Positions 43,852 through 53,915 are shown, counted from the first letter of the stretch. The stretch is DNA of 64,000 nt from Clostridia bacterium (GCA_022797145.1 JAAWKA010000005.1:15874-79873); one strand, 5' to 3'. The notes: a model not told the origin generated them from the letters alone. Numbers and translations: made by a program.

Positions 43852-44394
43852 TTATTGCTTACTTGCTATTACACATAATCTTTTTTCTCTTTGATTTTTT
43901 ATACAAGTTATCATTGTTATTTGATCTTCTTCTGTTGGATTTAATACTGTTAAATCTGTTTCACTTATTTCTTTTATTTCAGATATGTAATATTCTTGTG
44001 TTTCATATTTTGTTATATATTCAACTTTATCTCCTTTTTTTACTTCATTTAATCTTTCAAAAAAGTTTTGATTATATCCTCTGTTATGTGCTGCAAAGCA
44101 TATGTTACCGCTGAAATATGGTGTATCTTTAAAATGCCCTATTCCTGTTTTTAGAATACTTAATTCTGTTCCATCTTTTATAGGACCATTTAATCCAATA
44201 CTATCTATTTTTAAATGTCCTATTACATCTGTATTTTCTTCTGCTAATATCGTTTCAGTTTTTTCGTCTATTACCTCTTCTATAATCTCATTTTCAGTTT
44301 TGCTATTATTATTTCTATTAATTAGCAAATATGTTCCTATTCCTCCAAGTATAACAATTAATATAATAGCAAAAATCATAATTTTCTTTTTCAT
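43852..44394 (-). CDS. Sortase (class D-like)
   Basis: N-terminal TM, GIGHF, AAHNRG, ITMITC...R catalytic H/C/R. Confidence 0.9.
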   Translation of the reverse strand: MKKKIMIFAIILIVILGGIGTYLLINRNNNSKTENEIIEEVIDEKTETILAEENTDVIGHLKIDSIGLNGPIKDGTELSILKTGIGHFKDTPYFSGNICFAAHNRGYNQNFFERLNEVKKGDKVEYITKYETQEYYISEIKEISETDLTVLNPTEEDQITMITCIKNQREKRLCVIASKQ

Positions 44395-44927
44395 AAAACT
44401 TCATCCTCCTCTTTTTCTCCTTTTATACCTACTACTAAATATCTTCCAGTATCTAATTTAATTTTGTATCTTTCTTCTATTTTTCTATAATCATCTTTTG
44501 TATAAATCTCTTTTGTTAGCATGTCCTTTAATTCTTCATAATTAAAACAATTGTTAATTAGTTCTTCATTACTGTAGTATTGATTTGTAATATCTTTAAT
44601 TTTATCTTTAAACTGTTTAAGATTTTTGCATTTAATTTCTTTATAAATATTTAAATTCAATTTAATATTCTCATTGCTTTTATTTATATATAAGTTTTCC
44701 ATATTTAATAATAAATTTGAGTATTTACTATTATCTAATAATTTTTCTAAGTCTTGTTGTAAATCACCATATGCTCCAGATGTAATTGTTTCATTTGTTA
44801 TGTCAAAATCAATATTTTCATTAGTAACAATTATTTTCAATTCTTTAAGGTTTAAAATTATAAATTTGTTTATATTGTAATCGTAATTAATATCGAATCT
44901 TTTATTCAATTTCTTCTTCCTCCTCAT
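44391..44927 (-). CDS. Hypothetical, acidic tail
   Basis: Ends EKEEDEVL. Confidence 0.72.
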   Translation of the reverse strand: MRRKKKLNKRFDINYDYNINKFIILNLKELKIIVTNENIDFDITNETITSGAYGDLQQDLEKLLDNSKYSNLLLNMENLYINKSNENIKLNLNIYKEIKCKNLKQFKDKIKDITNQYYSNEELINNCFNYEELKDMLTKEIYTKDDYRKIEERYKIKLDTGRYLVVGIKGEKEEDEVL

Positions 44928-45279
44928 CTACCTCTTCTTCTAAACTTTCAAAAGATCCTATTCCGATTGCAGCATCTAGTATTTCTGTTGCTTTTGCTTT
45001 TTCTAATGTATCTAATGTGACATCTCCATCTGTATATGCTTTTACAATTTCATCTGCTACTGTTATATTGCTTGTTTCTGTCGAATTTTCTGAACATACA
45101 TAATCTATAACTACAAATAATCTATTTTGCTCTTCTTCTGTAAATTTTTTTTCACTTGCACTTCTTATAGCATTAATATATTGAAAATCCTGCAAATGAA
45201 TTCTTTGTTGTGGTGTTAATTGGTCATATAATTCAAATTCTAATCTTTTTGACATATTATAATTCCTCACTTTCTTCAT
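44902..45279 (-). CDS. Hypothetical, acidic tail (likely start MSKRLE)
   Basis: Ends VDEEEEEIE. Confidence 0.72.
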   Translation of the reverse strand: MKKVRNYNMSKRLEFELYDQLTPQQRIHLQDFQYINAIRSASEKKFTEEEQNRLFVVIDYVCSENSTETSNITVADEIVKAYTDGDVTLDTLEKAKATEILDAAIGIGSFESLEEEVDEEEEEIE

Positions 45280-46114
45280 CTTCTATGTTTTCTGCATATT
45301 CTAAATCTTTATTTAGATAATTCAAACATTTTTCAATATTATCAAAATCCTGCATTTTCATTTCACCATTTACATTATTTATTCCTAAATAAATGCCATT
45401 TTCTTTTGTGATAAATTTTCCTAATTCATTAGGTTTAAATTGAATTTCTTTATTATGTTTGTTTAATATCTCTAAAAACTGGTAATATGTAATTTGTTTA
45501 ATATTAGAATTTTTTTTGATATATAATTTATCAATTTCATTTTCTAATCCTTCAATTAATTCTTCTGCATTATTCCTATCAATATATACTTCATACTTCT
45601 CTATATATTTTTCATTAAATCCTGTATTGCATATATGTTCTTTTAGGTTATAATAAACATTATCCTTAAACTCATCACTTAATCTGTGATATTTATCTAA
45701 TATTGAATCAATAAAATGTCTTAAAACCTCTCTTGTTGTTGTAACTCCTTTATGGTTTGAAACACCATTTAATATTTCTTTTTCAAATAGCTTTAAATTA
45801 TTTATTTCATCTGATATACAAATGTTACTTTCTTCATAATAATATGGACAATAATCAATCCAAAAGACCATATCAAATGATAATTTCTCATCTTCTTCAT
45901 CTATATATACATCAGCAACTCTTTCATCTTTTTTTATTCTATCTAGTATTTGTTCTTTATGATTTATGATAAATTCTCTATGCTCATAGTTTTGGTCTAT
46001 AGATAAACAATAATTAAATTCGCTACAATCTTCTAGTGCATCTTCAACAAATTTATTTGCATAATACCTTATTGTTTCTTCTTCATTCAAGTCAATTTCA
46101 TACACATTGGTCAT
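45257..46114 (-). CDS. Multidomain hypothetical, acidic tail
   Basis: YLGINNVNGEMKMQDF module shared with 22697..23698; ends EDEESEEL. Confidence 0.75.
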   Translation of the reverse strand: MTNVYEIDLNEEETIRYYANKFVEDALEDCSEFNYCLSIDQNYEHREFIINHKEQILDRIKKDERVADVYIDEEDEKLSFDMVFWIDYCPYYYEESNICISDEINNLKLFEKEILNGVSNHKGVTTTREVLRHFIDSILDKYHRLSDEFKDNVYYNLKEHICNTGFNEKYIEKYEVYIDRNNAEELIEGLENEIDKLYIKKNSNIKQITYYQFLEILNKHNKEIQFKPNELGKFITKENGIYLGINNVNGEMKMQDFDNIEKCLNYLNKDLEYAENIEDEESEEL

Positions 46115-47145
46115 ATACTCTCTTCCTCCATTTCTTCTAAGCCATTAACTGTTTTGAATTCTTTAAATTCTGCTTTTAAATGTTCAATTTTATTAAAAAT
46201 ATCGGTGTTATTTTCACTATTTAGTTCTTCTGTTAGTCTTGCTATTTCTTTAAATATTGCAATATCTTCCACTATATTTAAAAAGTTGTTTAACTTCATA
46301 TCATTTTCTATTAATTGTGTTCCATTGTAAATATCAATTAAGTCAACTAAAACTAGATTTCCATTATTAGTTTTTTCAACAGACATTGTGCTGCTTTCAT
46401 TATGAATAAAAGTACATCCTTGTTTTAAATCTTCTTTAAACATTAAATAATTTATTTCAAGAGTATTTTCTACAATTCTTTCTTGCTCTTTTTCATTAGA
46501 ATTATTAAATTTTTCTATTGCTTTTTTCAATTCTTTATATTCTTTATAAACCTCTAAATATGTATCTTGATAGATTAAATATTTTATTGTTTCTCTACTA
46601 TATTCATTTCCAAAATAGTAGTCTTCTGCTTCATACAAAATGTCTTTTATTTTTTCTATATATTCTTCTTCACATCTAGGTAGGCTGTCCTCATATAGAT
46701 TATATAAATGTTGTAACACTTTATATGGAATCTTGTTTTTACTGGCTTCTTCTATAATTTCTTCTTTGAATGTATTTTTTAAATAGTTTTCGGTATAATA
46801 CCCACAGAAAATATCAGCAATTTTATTAATCAATTTTAAATTGATTGCTATATCTCTGTTTTCAAGTTCAATTTCCTTTAAAAAGTCTTCTAATACTGTT
46901 TCATCAACCATACTTGGAGCATCTATCCAATTCATAAATTTGTTATATAATTTTATTAAAAGATTCTTGCTTTCTAAAACACTTTTATATTTATCTACTT
47001 CTATCATTTCATTTTCTAATGTATTACTTACTAGTTGATAAAAATTATATTGATATACTAAACTATTAAATTCTTCATCTTTGCAATTTCTTATTTGTTC
47101 TTTTAAACTGTTTAATTGTTGTTTAAAATTTTCTTTATAACTCAT
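46111..47145 (-). CDS. Hypothetical, acidic tail
   Basis: Ends EEMEEESI. Confidence 0.75.
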   Translation of the reverse strand: MSYKENFKQQLNSLKEQIRNCKDEEFNSLVYQYNFYQLVSNTLENEMIEVDKYKSVLESKNLLIKLYNKFMNWIDAPSMVDETVLEDFLKEIELENRDIAINLKLINKIADIFCGYYTENYLKNTFKEEIIEEASKNKIPYKVLQHLYNLYEDSLPRCEEEYIEKIKDILYEAEDYYFGNEYSRETIKYLIYQDTYLEVYKEYKELKKAIEKFNNSNEKEQERIVENTLEINYLMFKEDLKQGCTFIHNESSTMSVEKTNNGNLVLVDLIDIYNGTQLIENDMKLNNFLNIVEDIAIFKEIARLTEELNSENNTDIFNKIEHLKAEFKEFKTVNGLEEMEEESI

Positions 47146-47516
47146 AGTTCCTGATTTTCCTCTTCTTCTGATTTTTTAATTTCATATTCTTGTATTTCTT
47201 CCTCTGTTAGTTCATCAAATTCAATTTGCTTTAAAATAGAATTTATTTTTTCCGAATCATATCTATCGCAATATTTGTCCAAAATATCACATTTATATAC
47301 TTTTTGTTGATATACATCTATAATATATCTTTTTGCCATTTCAGGATTATAATAGATAAAATTATCTAACATTTGACCTGTAATTTCATTTAGTTCAAAT
47401 CTCCTTTTGAATTCTCTTTTCCAAAAATCAAAATCAAAATTATTGTTCATTTTCTCCCTCCTCATTTTCAAGCATTTCATCATTTTCTCCATATATTGCT
47501 TTTTGTGTAAATTCAC
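47142..47516 (-). CDS. Hypothetical, acidic tail (likely start MNNNFD)
   Basis: Ends SEEEENQEL. Confidence 0.72.
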   Translation of the reverse strand: MNLHKKQYMEKMMKCLKMRREKMNNNFDFDFWKREFKRRFELNEITGQMLDNFIYYNPEMAKRYIIDVYQQKVYKCDILDKYCDRYDSEKINSILKQIEFDELTEEEIQEYEIKKSEEEENQEL

Positions 47517-48540
47517 ATATAAACTCTTCTATATTTTCTTCATTTATGTAAGCATTATTTTTTGTGAAATTTAAACTATTTAATTCATCTCTAATATTAC
47601 ATTTAATATCAAATTTAACATGTCTAATAAAACATTCTTGTAGTTCTAAATCTTCTTTTAACTTACTAAGTGGACTTATATATTCTTTTGTTCTTTCATA
47701 TATTGTTGTATTATAATCTTCCAAAAATTTTTCAATTATATCTATTGTGTTTAAACCTAGTTTAAAGTAATCTTTTTCAACTTTATTTTTAAATTCAATT
47801 AAATAATCAAAAATCATTTGTCCATATTTTTGTTTTGTATTAAAGTCATATTGTGTAATATCTAATTCTTTGCTTTCTATTCTTTCGTAATCATTTTCTA
47901 ATAAATAATCATTCATTCCAAATTTTGTATTTACATCATTTGTCTTATGTTTAACAATATATCTGTTTTGTTCAATGTCTTTAATTAAATACCAAGCACC
48001 CAAAAATTCTTCTGTATAAACTTCATATATTTTTTCAATCGCTTTATTTTCATTTAATTCTTTTACTTTATTGAACCATACACACTCTAAATCGCTTTTC
48101 CCATAATACTCTTTTATAAGTTCCTTTTTGTCTTTTTCTATTGAATCCATATATTCTTGTGTTGCCTTAGTATATATATAACCGCTTCTATAATTCCATA
48201 GTGATTTCTTAGCGTCTTCTAATGTTAGAAATAATTGATTCTCCTTATGATAGATACTTAAACCATCTGTATATCTTTCAAACTTATATGGTTCAATCTT
48301 TAAATAATCTATTTGCATTTGATTATCTTTATATACAACTGCAAATACTTTTTTGTTTTTTATTTCATTATCAAATTTCCATTTTTCAAACTGATCCCAA
48401 TTTTCTTTGTTATAATATAAATTAGTTAGGAGCAAATTTGGATTTTCATCTAAATATTTTTGTACATTAACAAATTCTTTATAATCCGCTTTTTCTCCTA
48501 ACTTTTCTTTTATCTTTTTAAACTCTGTATAATTAACCAT
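47440..48540 (-). CDS. Hypothetical, acidic tail
   Basis: Ends ENEEGENEQ. Confidence 0.75.
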   Translation of the reverse strand: MVNYTEFKKIKEKLGEKADYKEFVNVQKYLDENPNLLLTNLYYNKENWDQFEKWKFDNEIKNKKVFAVVYKDNQMQIDYLKIEPYKFERYTDGLSIYHKENQLFLTLEDAKKSLWNYRSGYIYTKATQEYMDSIEKDKKELIKEYYGKSDLECVWFNKVKELNENKAIEKIYEVYTEEFLGAWYLIKDIEQNRYIVKHKTNDVNTKFGMNDYLLENDYERIESKELDITQYDFNTKQKYGQMIFDYLIEFKNKVEKDYFKLGLNTIDIIEKFLEDYNTTIYERTKEYISPLSKLKEDLELQECFIRHVKFDIKCNIRDELNSLNFTKNNAYINEENIEEFICEFTQKAIYGENDEMLENEEGENEQ

Positions 48541-48549
48541 TTAATTTTC

Positions 48550-49314
48550 CTATGCTTCTGCAACTTCTTCTTCAATTTGGTCCAACTCTTTATTTTTGTC
48601 TTGTGCTTCTAGTTTTCTGTTTTCACAAATCTTTGAATAATAATTTAAAGCATAATTAGGATCATTTTTAATTTCTTTCTTAAATACATTTAATTCATCA
48701 CAACTTATTTCTTCTTTATATTTTTCTTTAATTTCATTTATTTCTTGTTCTTCCATAGCTTCAGCTAGATATGCTCCTCCAACATTGGTTATTTTTAGAG
48801 CATCTTCAATAACTAATTTATCGTCTACTACTTTTTCTTTTATACAGTAAAATTCTTCTTTGGTTACATCATCAATGGTTGTAATATAATTAAGTTCTCC
48901 ATATGATTCTGCTATTTCTGATAGTCTTTTTACTTTTTCTTCTAAAGATCTAAACATTAATGTACCTGGATGTTCAGGCATTCTTTCTCCACTTCTTAAA
49001 GTTTTGGCATAAATAGTTCTATTTATTTGAGCTAAATATTTTTTGTCATCTACCTCTAAATTCTCTCTTTTTTGTAATTGAGATAATGTCTCCTTTAATG
49101 GATTAATTTTCATAATATTATGATATTTCTCATATCCTGTAACAAAGTCCTTAATATCTGCAATGAAATTTTTTATGTCTTTAGATAGTTTTTCCTTTTC
49201 TTTTTGTTCTTCTGTTTTCTCTTCTACAACTTCTTGATTCTCAATTTTTTCGCCTTGTACATTAGTTTCTTCTTTGTGGTTTTCTTGTACTTTATTTTTT
49301 TTACTTTTGGCCAT
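48550..49314 (-). CDS. Hypothetical, acidic tail
   Basis: GAGGAGG RBS; ends QIEEEVAEA. Confidence 0.75.
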   Translation of the reverse strand: MAKSKKNKVQENHKEETNVQGEKIENQEVVEEKTEEQKEKEKLSKDIKNFIADIKDFVTGYEKYHNIMKINPLKETLSQLQKRENLEVDDKKYLAQINRTIYAKTLRSGERMPEHPGTLMFRSLEEKVKRLSEIAESYGELNYITTIDDVTKEEFYCIKEKVVDDKLVIEDALKITNVGGAYLAEAMEEQEINEIKEKYKEEISCDELNVFKKEIKNDPNYALNYYSKICENRKLEAQDKNKELDQIEEEVAEA

Positions 49315-49330
49315 TTTATTTTCCTCCTCT

Positions 49331-50449
49331 TCAAATTATAAATTCAATATATCTATTGTTGATTGTTACTGGTTTAGATATATTTTCTATTTTTACATAA
49401 ACTATTTTTCCTTTTAACTTTTCATATATAGATTTCTTTAATTTCAAACTATATATATTGCTATTTATTTTATAGTTATATTTACTTATATCTATAATAT
49501 TTTTTTGTTCTTTTGATAATCTAAAACTTTTTAATACTTTATATCCAGAATCTGTCTTATTATAAATAACTGCATTTCCACTTAATAATAAAAAGATTAA
49601 TGCTGCTAGTCCAATTCCCATACCACTTATTACAATGACTGGAACTGTGTTGTTTTCTTCTATAATTTGCGGTTCTTCTATTGGTTTATTTACTACTTTG
49701 TTATATACAGCTTTATAAGTATATTCTGTGCTTTCTTTACTAACATCTCCTGTATATGTAACTGTAATTTCATATTCGTTAGGATTATTTATTTCTACAA
49801 CTGTTTGATATATCATTGTTCCCTTATAAGTTTTTGGAACTTCTTGATTATCAATTACTTCTGTATCTTCAATTTGCCAATCCACATTAATTAAATAGTA
49901 AGTATCATTTTCCTCTGTTATTTCTTTCTTAATATTATTTAAATCATTTTGAGAATACTTATTAAACTCTATTTTCTTTTCTCTAAGTTCTTGATATTTG
50001 CCATGACTTATCGTATTAATATTAATATGTGATATTGGAATATTCCCTCTATATCCCTCTTCATCTTCATAGTCATACTTTTCTCCAAAATATTTCTTAA
50101 TATAATTTTGGTCTCTTGACTTTAAAGTTTCTTTCTTTTGTTCAGATACTTGTTTTGTTTCATCTTCATTTTTTGTTTTTTCTATTGTTGCAATAGCATA
50201 AGTATTAGAATTGATTACGATATTATGATTCAATAATTCTACAACTTCATCTTCTTCTGACAAATTTGCTTCTATACTTTTTGTAAAACTGTTATTCTCT
50301 TCTTTTAGTGGATATTCTGTGTAAGCATTCACTTTTGTTTGTGCTAGTAACATTAATAAAGATGTTCCTACTATTAATAACTTTTTAACTTTCACATAAA
50401 GTCCTCCTTTTCTTTTATTTGCAAAAAGAAAGTGCCAATTTCTTGACAC
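49331..50449 (-). CDS. Secreted/membrane protein (signal peptide plus internal TM; likely start VKVKK)
   Basis: KKLLIVGTSLLMLLAQTKVNA signal; TM VIVISGMGIGLAALIFLLL. Confidence 0.75.
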   Translation of the reverse strand: MSRNWHFLFANKRKGGLYVKVKKLLIVGTSLLMLLAQTKVNAYTEYPLKEENNSFTKSIEANLSEEDEVVELLNHNIVINSNTYAIATIEKTKNEDETKQVSEQKKETLKSRDQNYIKKYFGEKYDYEDEEGYRGNIPISHININTISHGKYQELREKKIEFNKYSQNDLNNIKKEITEENDTYYLINVDWQIEDTEVIDNQEVPKTYKGTMIYQTVVEINNPNEYEITVTYTGDVSKESTEYTYKAVYNKVVNKPIEEPQIIEENNTVPVIVISGMGIGLAALIFLLLSGNAVIYNKTDSGYKVLKSFRLSKEQKNIIDISKYNYKINSNIYSLKLKKSIYEKLKGKIVYVKIENISKPVTINNRYIEFII

Positions 50450-50464
50450 TTTCTTTGCATTAAC

Positions 50465-50510
50465 ATCATATTATTTAATTATATATATTTCAATTCCCAA
50501 ATTTTTCCCT
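50465..50510 (-). promoter_or_regulatory. Sigma-A promoter with GGGAA box (P4)
   Basis: AGGGAAAAATTTGGGAA-TTGAAA-17 nt-TATGAT, then hairpin at 50419-50459. Confidence 0.78.
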
Positions 50511-51349
50511 TTACAATATTTCTTGATTATTAAAATCTTTTTCAAGTTGATTTATGAAATCTCCTAGTTCAATACTTTGATTTGATGGAAATTGTAAAAT
50601 GTATTTTGATTTATATTTTCCCATATATTGATAAGTTTTATATATTTCTTCAGCTAATTCTTTTTTTGGTAAAATTCCAAATTGAGCAAGACTATTTAAT
50701 AAGTATTGTGTAGCTACTACCACATAATCTGTATTAACAACAAATTTTTCTTCATTATTAATAGTAACTTTTTGATTAATCTCGTCTTTTTTTAGTTCTT
50801 CAACATCATATATATTTTCATAGTCTACTATTACTTCTTTTTCTCCACATGCTGTTTCATCTAAATAACATATTATATCTTCTTTTTTTATTTTTGCTTT
50901 AAATACTGTACCTACCTTTTCGTACTTTTGATAAAACCAAATAGCTCTTTTTTTATCAATTGTCCATGATATTGCAGGTATATATTCTCTATTTGTAGTT
51001 CCTCTGTAGATTTCTACTTCTTCTGGTAATTCTAAAAATTTATTATAATCTTCTTTCATTAATGTTTTAGCATCTGCCATTTTAAATAAATTTAATGTTT
51101 CTTTTAAAGATAATTTTGCATTTTTAGTATTTATTCCTTCTGTTCTTATATAAGATTCTTTTAGTCCTATGCAATAATCTTTTTCATCTAAAAACTTATA
51201 TATATCATAAAAAACATCATTCTATATTCTGGTTCTATACTCTGAATTATCATACATAAATCTGTATTATCTTCATCAATATTAAGTATAAGATTTTGAT
51301 TGTATTTGTTTTGTACTAAATTAATTATTTCTTCTATATCGCTTTTCAT
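50511..51349 (-). pseudogene. ADP-ribosyltransferase-like (R-S-E) protein; frameshift in a T6 run near 51209-51214
   Basis: IYRG...ISWT...GEKEVIV; upstream frame from 51349 joins if one T is restored. Confidence 0.55.
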
Positions 51350-51357
51350 AACTCCCT

Positions 51358-51594
51358 CTACTCTTCTTTGTTATTCTGTTTATTATGGTTTTCTATCTCT
51401 TGTTCTTCTAAATCCTTTAAAGCCATTTCTACTGCTTTTCTAATAAAGGAACTAAATGTGTAATCTGTTCCTTCAATATATTTTTCTACTTCTTCAATTA
51501 AGTCATCTGGAAATCTAATAGTTCGTTGTTCTGAGGATGGTATCTTAGGTATTCTAAATTTGCTCATACAAACTTCTTCTCTCTTTTGATACAA
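51358..51594 (-). CDS. Ribbon-helix-helix DNA-binding protein (likely start MSKFRIP)
   Basis: QRTIRFPDDLIEEVE...TFSSFIRKAVEMAL. Confidence 0.78.
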   Translation of the reverse strand: MYQKREEVCMSKFRIPKIPSSEQRTIRFPDDLIEEVEKYIEGTDYTFSSFIRKAVEMALKDLEEQEIENHNKQNNKEE

Positions 51595-51815
51595 TTTGTT
51601 CTTTGTTTAATTTTATTATCTTTTTTTATAATTTCAAACTGTTCTATCAGTTCTTTTGCTTCTAACACATTATATCCTTCTAATATTGCGAAATTTATCA
51701 TTAGCCTAATTAGTTTTTCTTTTTTATTGTATTTTTTTCCTAAATCTTCAACTATTTTATTTGATAAACTTTCATACAATTCGACAATCATTTTCTCTGT
51801 TAAATCAATGTGCAT
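51564..51815 (-). CDS. Small hypothetical protein
   Basis: Helical ORF coupled to the RHH gene. Confidence 0.55.
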   Translation of the reverse strand: MHIDLTEKMIVELYESLSNKIVEDLGKKYNKKEKLIRLMINFAILEGYNVLEAKELIEQFEIIKKDNKIKQRTNCIKREKKFV

Positions 51816-51836
51816 TTTCTATCATCCTTTGTTTAA

Positions 51837-52346
51837 TTAAATATATTTTACAATTTCGTTAATGTCCTTTTTTCGTTTAGGCAATAAATTACAAGTGAAA
51901 TCACTTGCTTTCCAACCTATTGAATCATCTGTTTTATAACCTAAGTAAATTAAACTTACAGGCATACTATTAATATCTAATTTAAATGCTTTTTCTAATT
52001 TATTTCCAAAATCAAGGTATCTATCATATATATTATCAATACCTAAATATGTAGCTTCTAATATCATATGAATTGATACTAAGAGACAATCTTGTAAATA
52101 TGATATTGCATGATTTTCTCTGTAACATTTTTCTGCATCTCCACAAACCATTAATACAGTTGGTGATTTACGATTAGTTATCTTTTGTATTTTATTCAAT
52201 CCTTCTTTAGATTCAATAACATATATTTTTTGTGGTTGTAAACTTTTTGCTGTAGGTGATAAAATTCCAGCTTCTAGTATTCTATTTAAATCTTCTCTGC
52301 TAATTTTTTTGTCTTTAAATTCTAATTTTTCATTCAATTTGGTCAC
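51837..52346 (-). CDS. Nitroreductase family protein (N-terminus short)
   Basis: ILEAGILSPTAKSLQP, HMILEATYLGI, PVSLIYLGY. Confidence 0.8.
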   Translation of the reverse strand: MTKLNEKLEFKDKKISREDLNRILEAGILSPTAKSLQPQKIYVIESKEGLNKIQKITNRKSPTVLMVCGDAEKCYRENHAISYLQDCLLVSIHMILEATYLGIDNIYDRYLDFGNKLEKAFKLDINSMPVSLIYLGYKTDDSIGWKASDFTCNLLPKRKKDINEIVKYI

Positions 52347-52356
52347 TCCTAGAAAT

Positions 52357-52521
52357 TTATTTATTAGTTTTACTTTTTAAGTTATCATTCATTTTTTTTA
52401 CTAATAATTCATCTATAATTTTACTTTGATTCCATAATTCTTCATAAGAACATTTATTTTTAACCATTTCCTTTAATTTTTCTCCATTTTCTTTTATTAA
52501 ATCGTTTTCTTTTACTTCCAT
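52357..52521 (-). CDS. 54-aa Spo0E-like protein (not in ORF track)
   Basis: MEVKENDLIKENGEKLKEMVKNKCSYEELWNQSKIIDELLVKKM...; two helices with SKIID in place of SQELD; start abuts the ssb stop. Confidence 0.5.
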   Translation of the reverse strand: MEVKENDLIKENGEKLKEMVKNKCSYEELWNQSKIIDELLVKKMNDNLKSKTNK

Positions 52522-53169
52522 TTATACTTCCTTTCTTACATTTTCTTCTATTAACATAACAGATAATTCGTAAGCTGTCTTTATTTCTGTCTTTCCATTA
52601 TCACACTTTTTTTCATACTCTCTTGATTGGAATCTTCCAGTTACACTTACTTCAGTACCTACTTCAAACTTTTTGCACATTCTTGCCATTCTTCCCCAAG
52701 TTATAGCAGGAATGTAATCTGATTTGTTATATGCTCGGTTTACAGCTAATAATAAATCTGTAATTTCCCTTCCTTTTGGTGTTTCTCGATATATAGGTTT
52801 TTTACAGATATATCCTATTAAATTCACTTGATTTAATGTTTGTTCTTTATTTTCTTTTATTTGTTCATCAACTTCTTCATTATAAAAAATATCTTTTGCA
52901 AATATTGTTAATTTTAATTTATTTTTCTCCTCTTCTGTGGTATTGTAGGATCTAAATTGACCTTTTACTAATATTTTTGTTCCTATACCAAATCTGCTAT
53001 CTATCAACACTTCTGAAGCTGTTACAGGAATAATATCTTTTTCATCACTTAATCTCTTTACTTCTACATTAAAATTATAAAATATTTCTCCATACATTTC
53101 GTGACTAAATGTCTTTTCACTTACAATTATTCCAACTAATATTGTATTATTAGTATTATTTAAACTCAT
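52522..53169 (-). CDS. ssb: Clostridial two-OB-fold single-stranded DNA-binding protein
   Basis: FSHEMYGEIFY...KRLS, GQFRSYN, YRETPKGREITDLLLAVNRAYNKSDYIP...GRFQSREY. Confidence 0.9.
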   Translation of the reverse strand: MSLNNTNNTILVGIIVSEKTFSHEMYGEIFYNFNVEVKRLSDEKDIIPVTASEVLIDSRFGIGTKILVKGQFRSYNTTEEEKNKLKLTIFAKDIFYNEEVDEQIKENKEQTLNQVNLIGYICKKPIYRETPKGREITDLLLAVNRAYNKSDYIPAITWGRMARMCKKFEVGTEVSVTGRFQSREYEKKCDNGKTEIKTAYELSVMLIEENVRKEV

Positions 53170-53340
53170 TTGTGTTCCTCCTATTATTCTTTCGTAAATG
53201 ATATAAAAACTTATAAAATACCATTTTCATACAATTATACTTTATTTTTACATTTTATTCAATAGAAGAAAAACAAAAAATGGAAATTTTCCCCTATTAT
53301 TATGGATATGATACTTATATTACACAAAAAAATAAGAGTA

Positions 53341-53694
53341 TTAACTCTTATCCTTTATTTGTTTCTCATTTAAAACTCTTATCATTTCACTAATAACTTC
53401 TTGATTCGTTTCATTCAACGAATTAAATCCTACTAAGAGTGAATTGGTTAAATTTATATCAAAATTGATTAAAGGCTTCAAAATATCGTTCGGTGTGATT
53501 TTATATAGATTACACAATGAAATCAATGTGTGAATGCTTCCAAGTGATTTTCCTCGTTCAAGATCTGATAAATATGATGGTGACAATTCTGGCACTTCTG
53601 CTGCTACCTCTTGTGTAATTCCATTAGCAATCCTTGCTTTTTGATAGTTTTGTCCAACTATTTTTAATTTTTCTTTTTCATATTTGCTTGTCAT
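53341..53694 (-). CDS. XRE-family HTH regulator
   Basis: ARIANGITQEVAAE...LSPSYLSDLERG. Confidence 0.88.
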   Translation of the reverse strand: MTSKYEKEKLKIVGQNYQKARIANGITQEVAAEVPELSPSYLSDLERGKSLGSIHTLISLCNLYKITPNDILKPLINFDINLTNSLLVGFNSLNETNQEVISEMIRVLNEKQIKDKS

Positions 53695-53915
53695 TTAAAT
53701 TACTCCTCATTATTATAGTTAATATTATAATAACAAGGATTTCCAAATTTATACATAAGATAAAAACCAAGTTATATAGGTAAAATATTCTATATTACTT
53801 TGTTAAAAAAGAAGACACCTTTTATTGATGTCTTCTTTTAAAAAAATAAATGAAAGGAGAGATATTCTTTGATAGAATATATAAAACTACTCAAGAATAA
53901 TTTTGGAATAACTAG

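Noticed and set aside
14012-49314. Acidic tails as nothing more than overlapping GGAGG Shine-Dalgarno sequences
   Set aside because: May contribute at coupled genes, but tails are longer than an RBS, largely GAA-coded, present on operon-terminal genes and absent from coupled T4SS and surface genes.
51209-51214. Frameshift upstream of the ART-like ORF as programmed recoding
   Set aside because: One-base shortfall in a homopolymer, opposite sign to the CGGA sites; mutation or assembly error is more likely.
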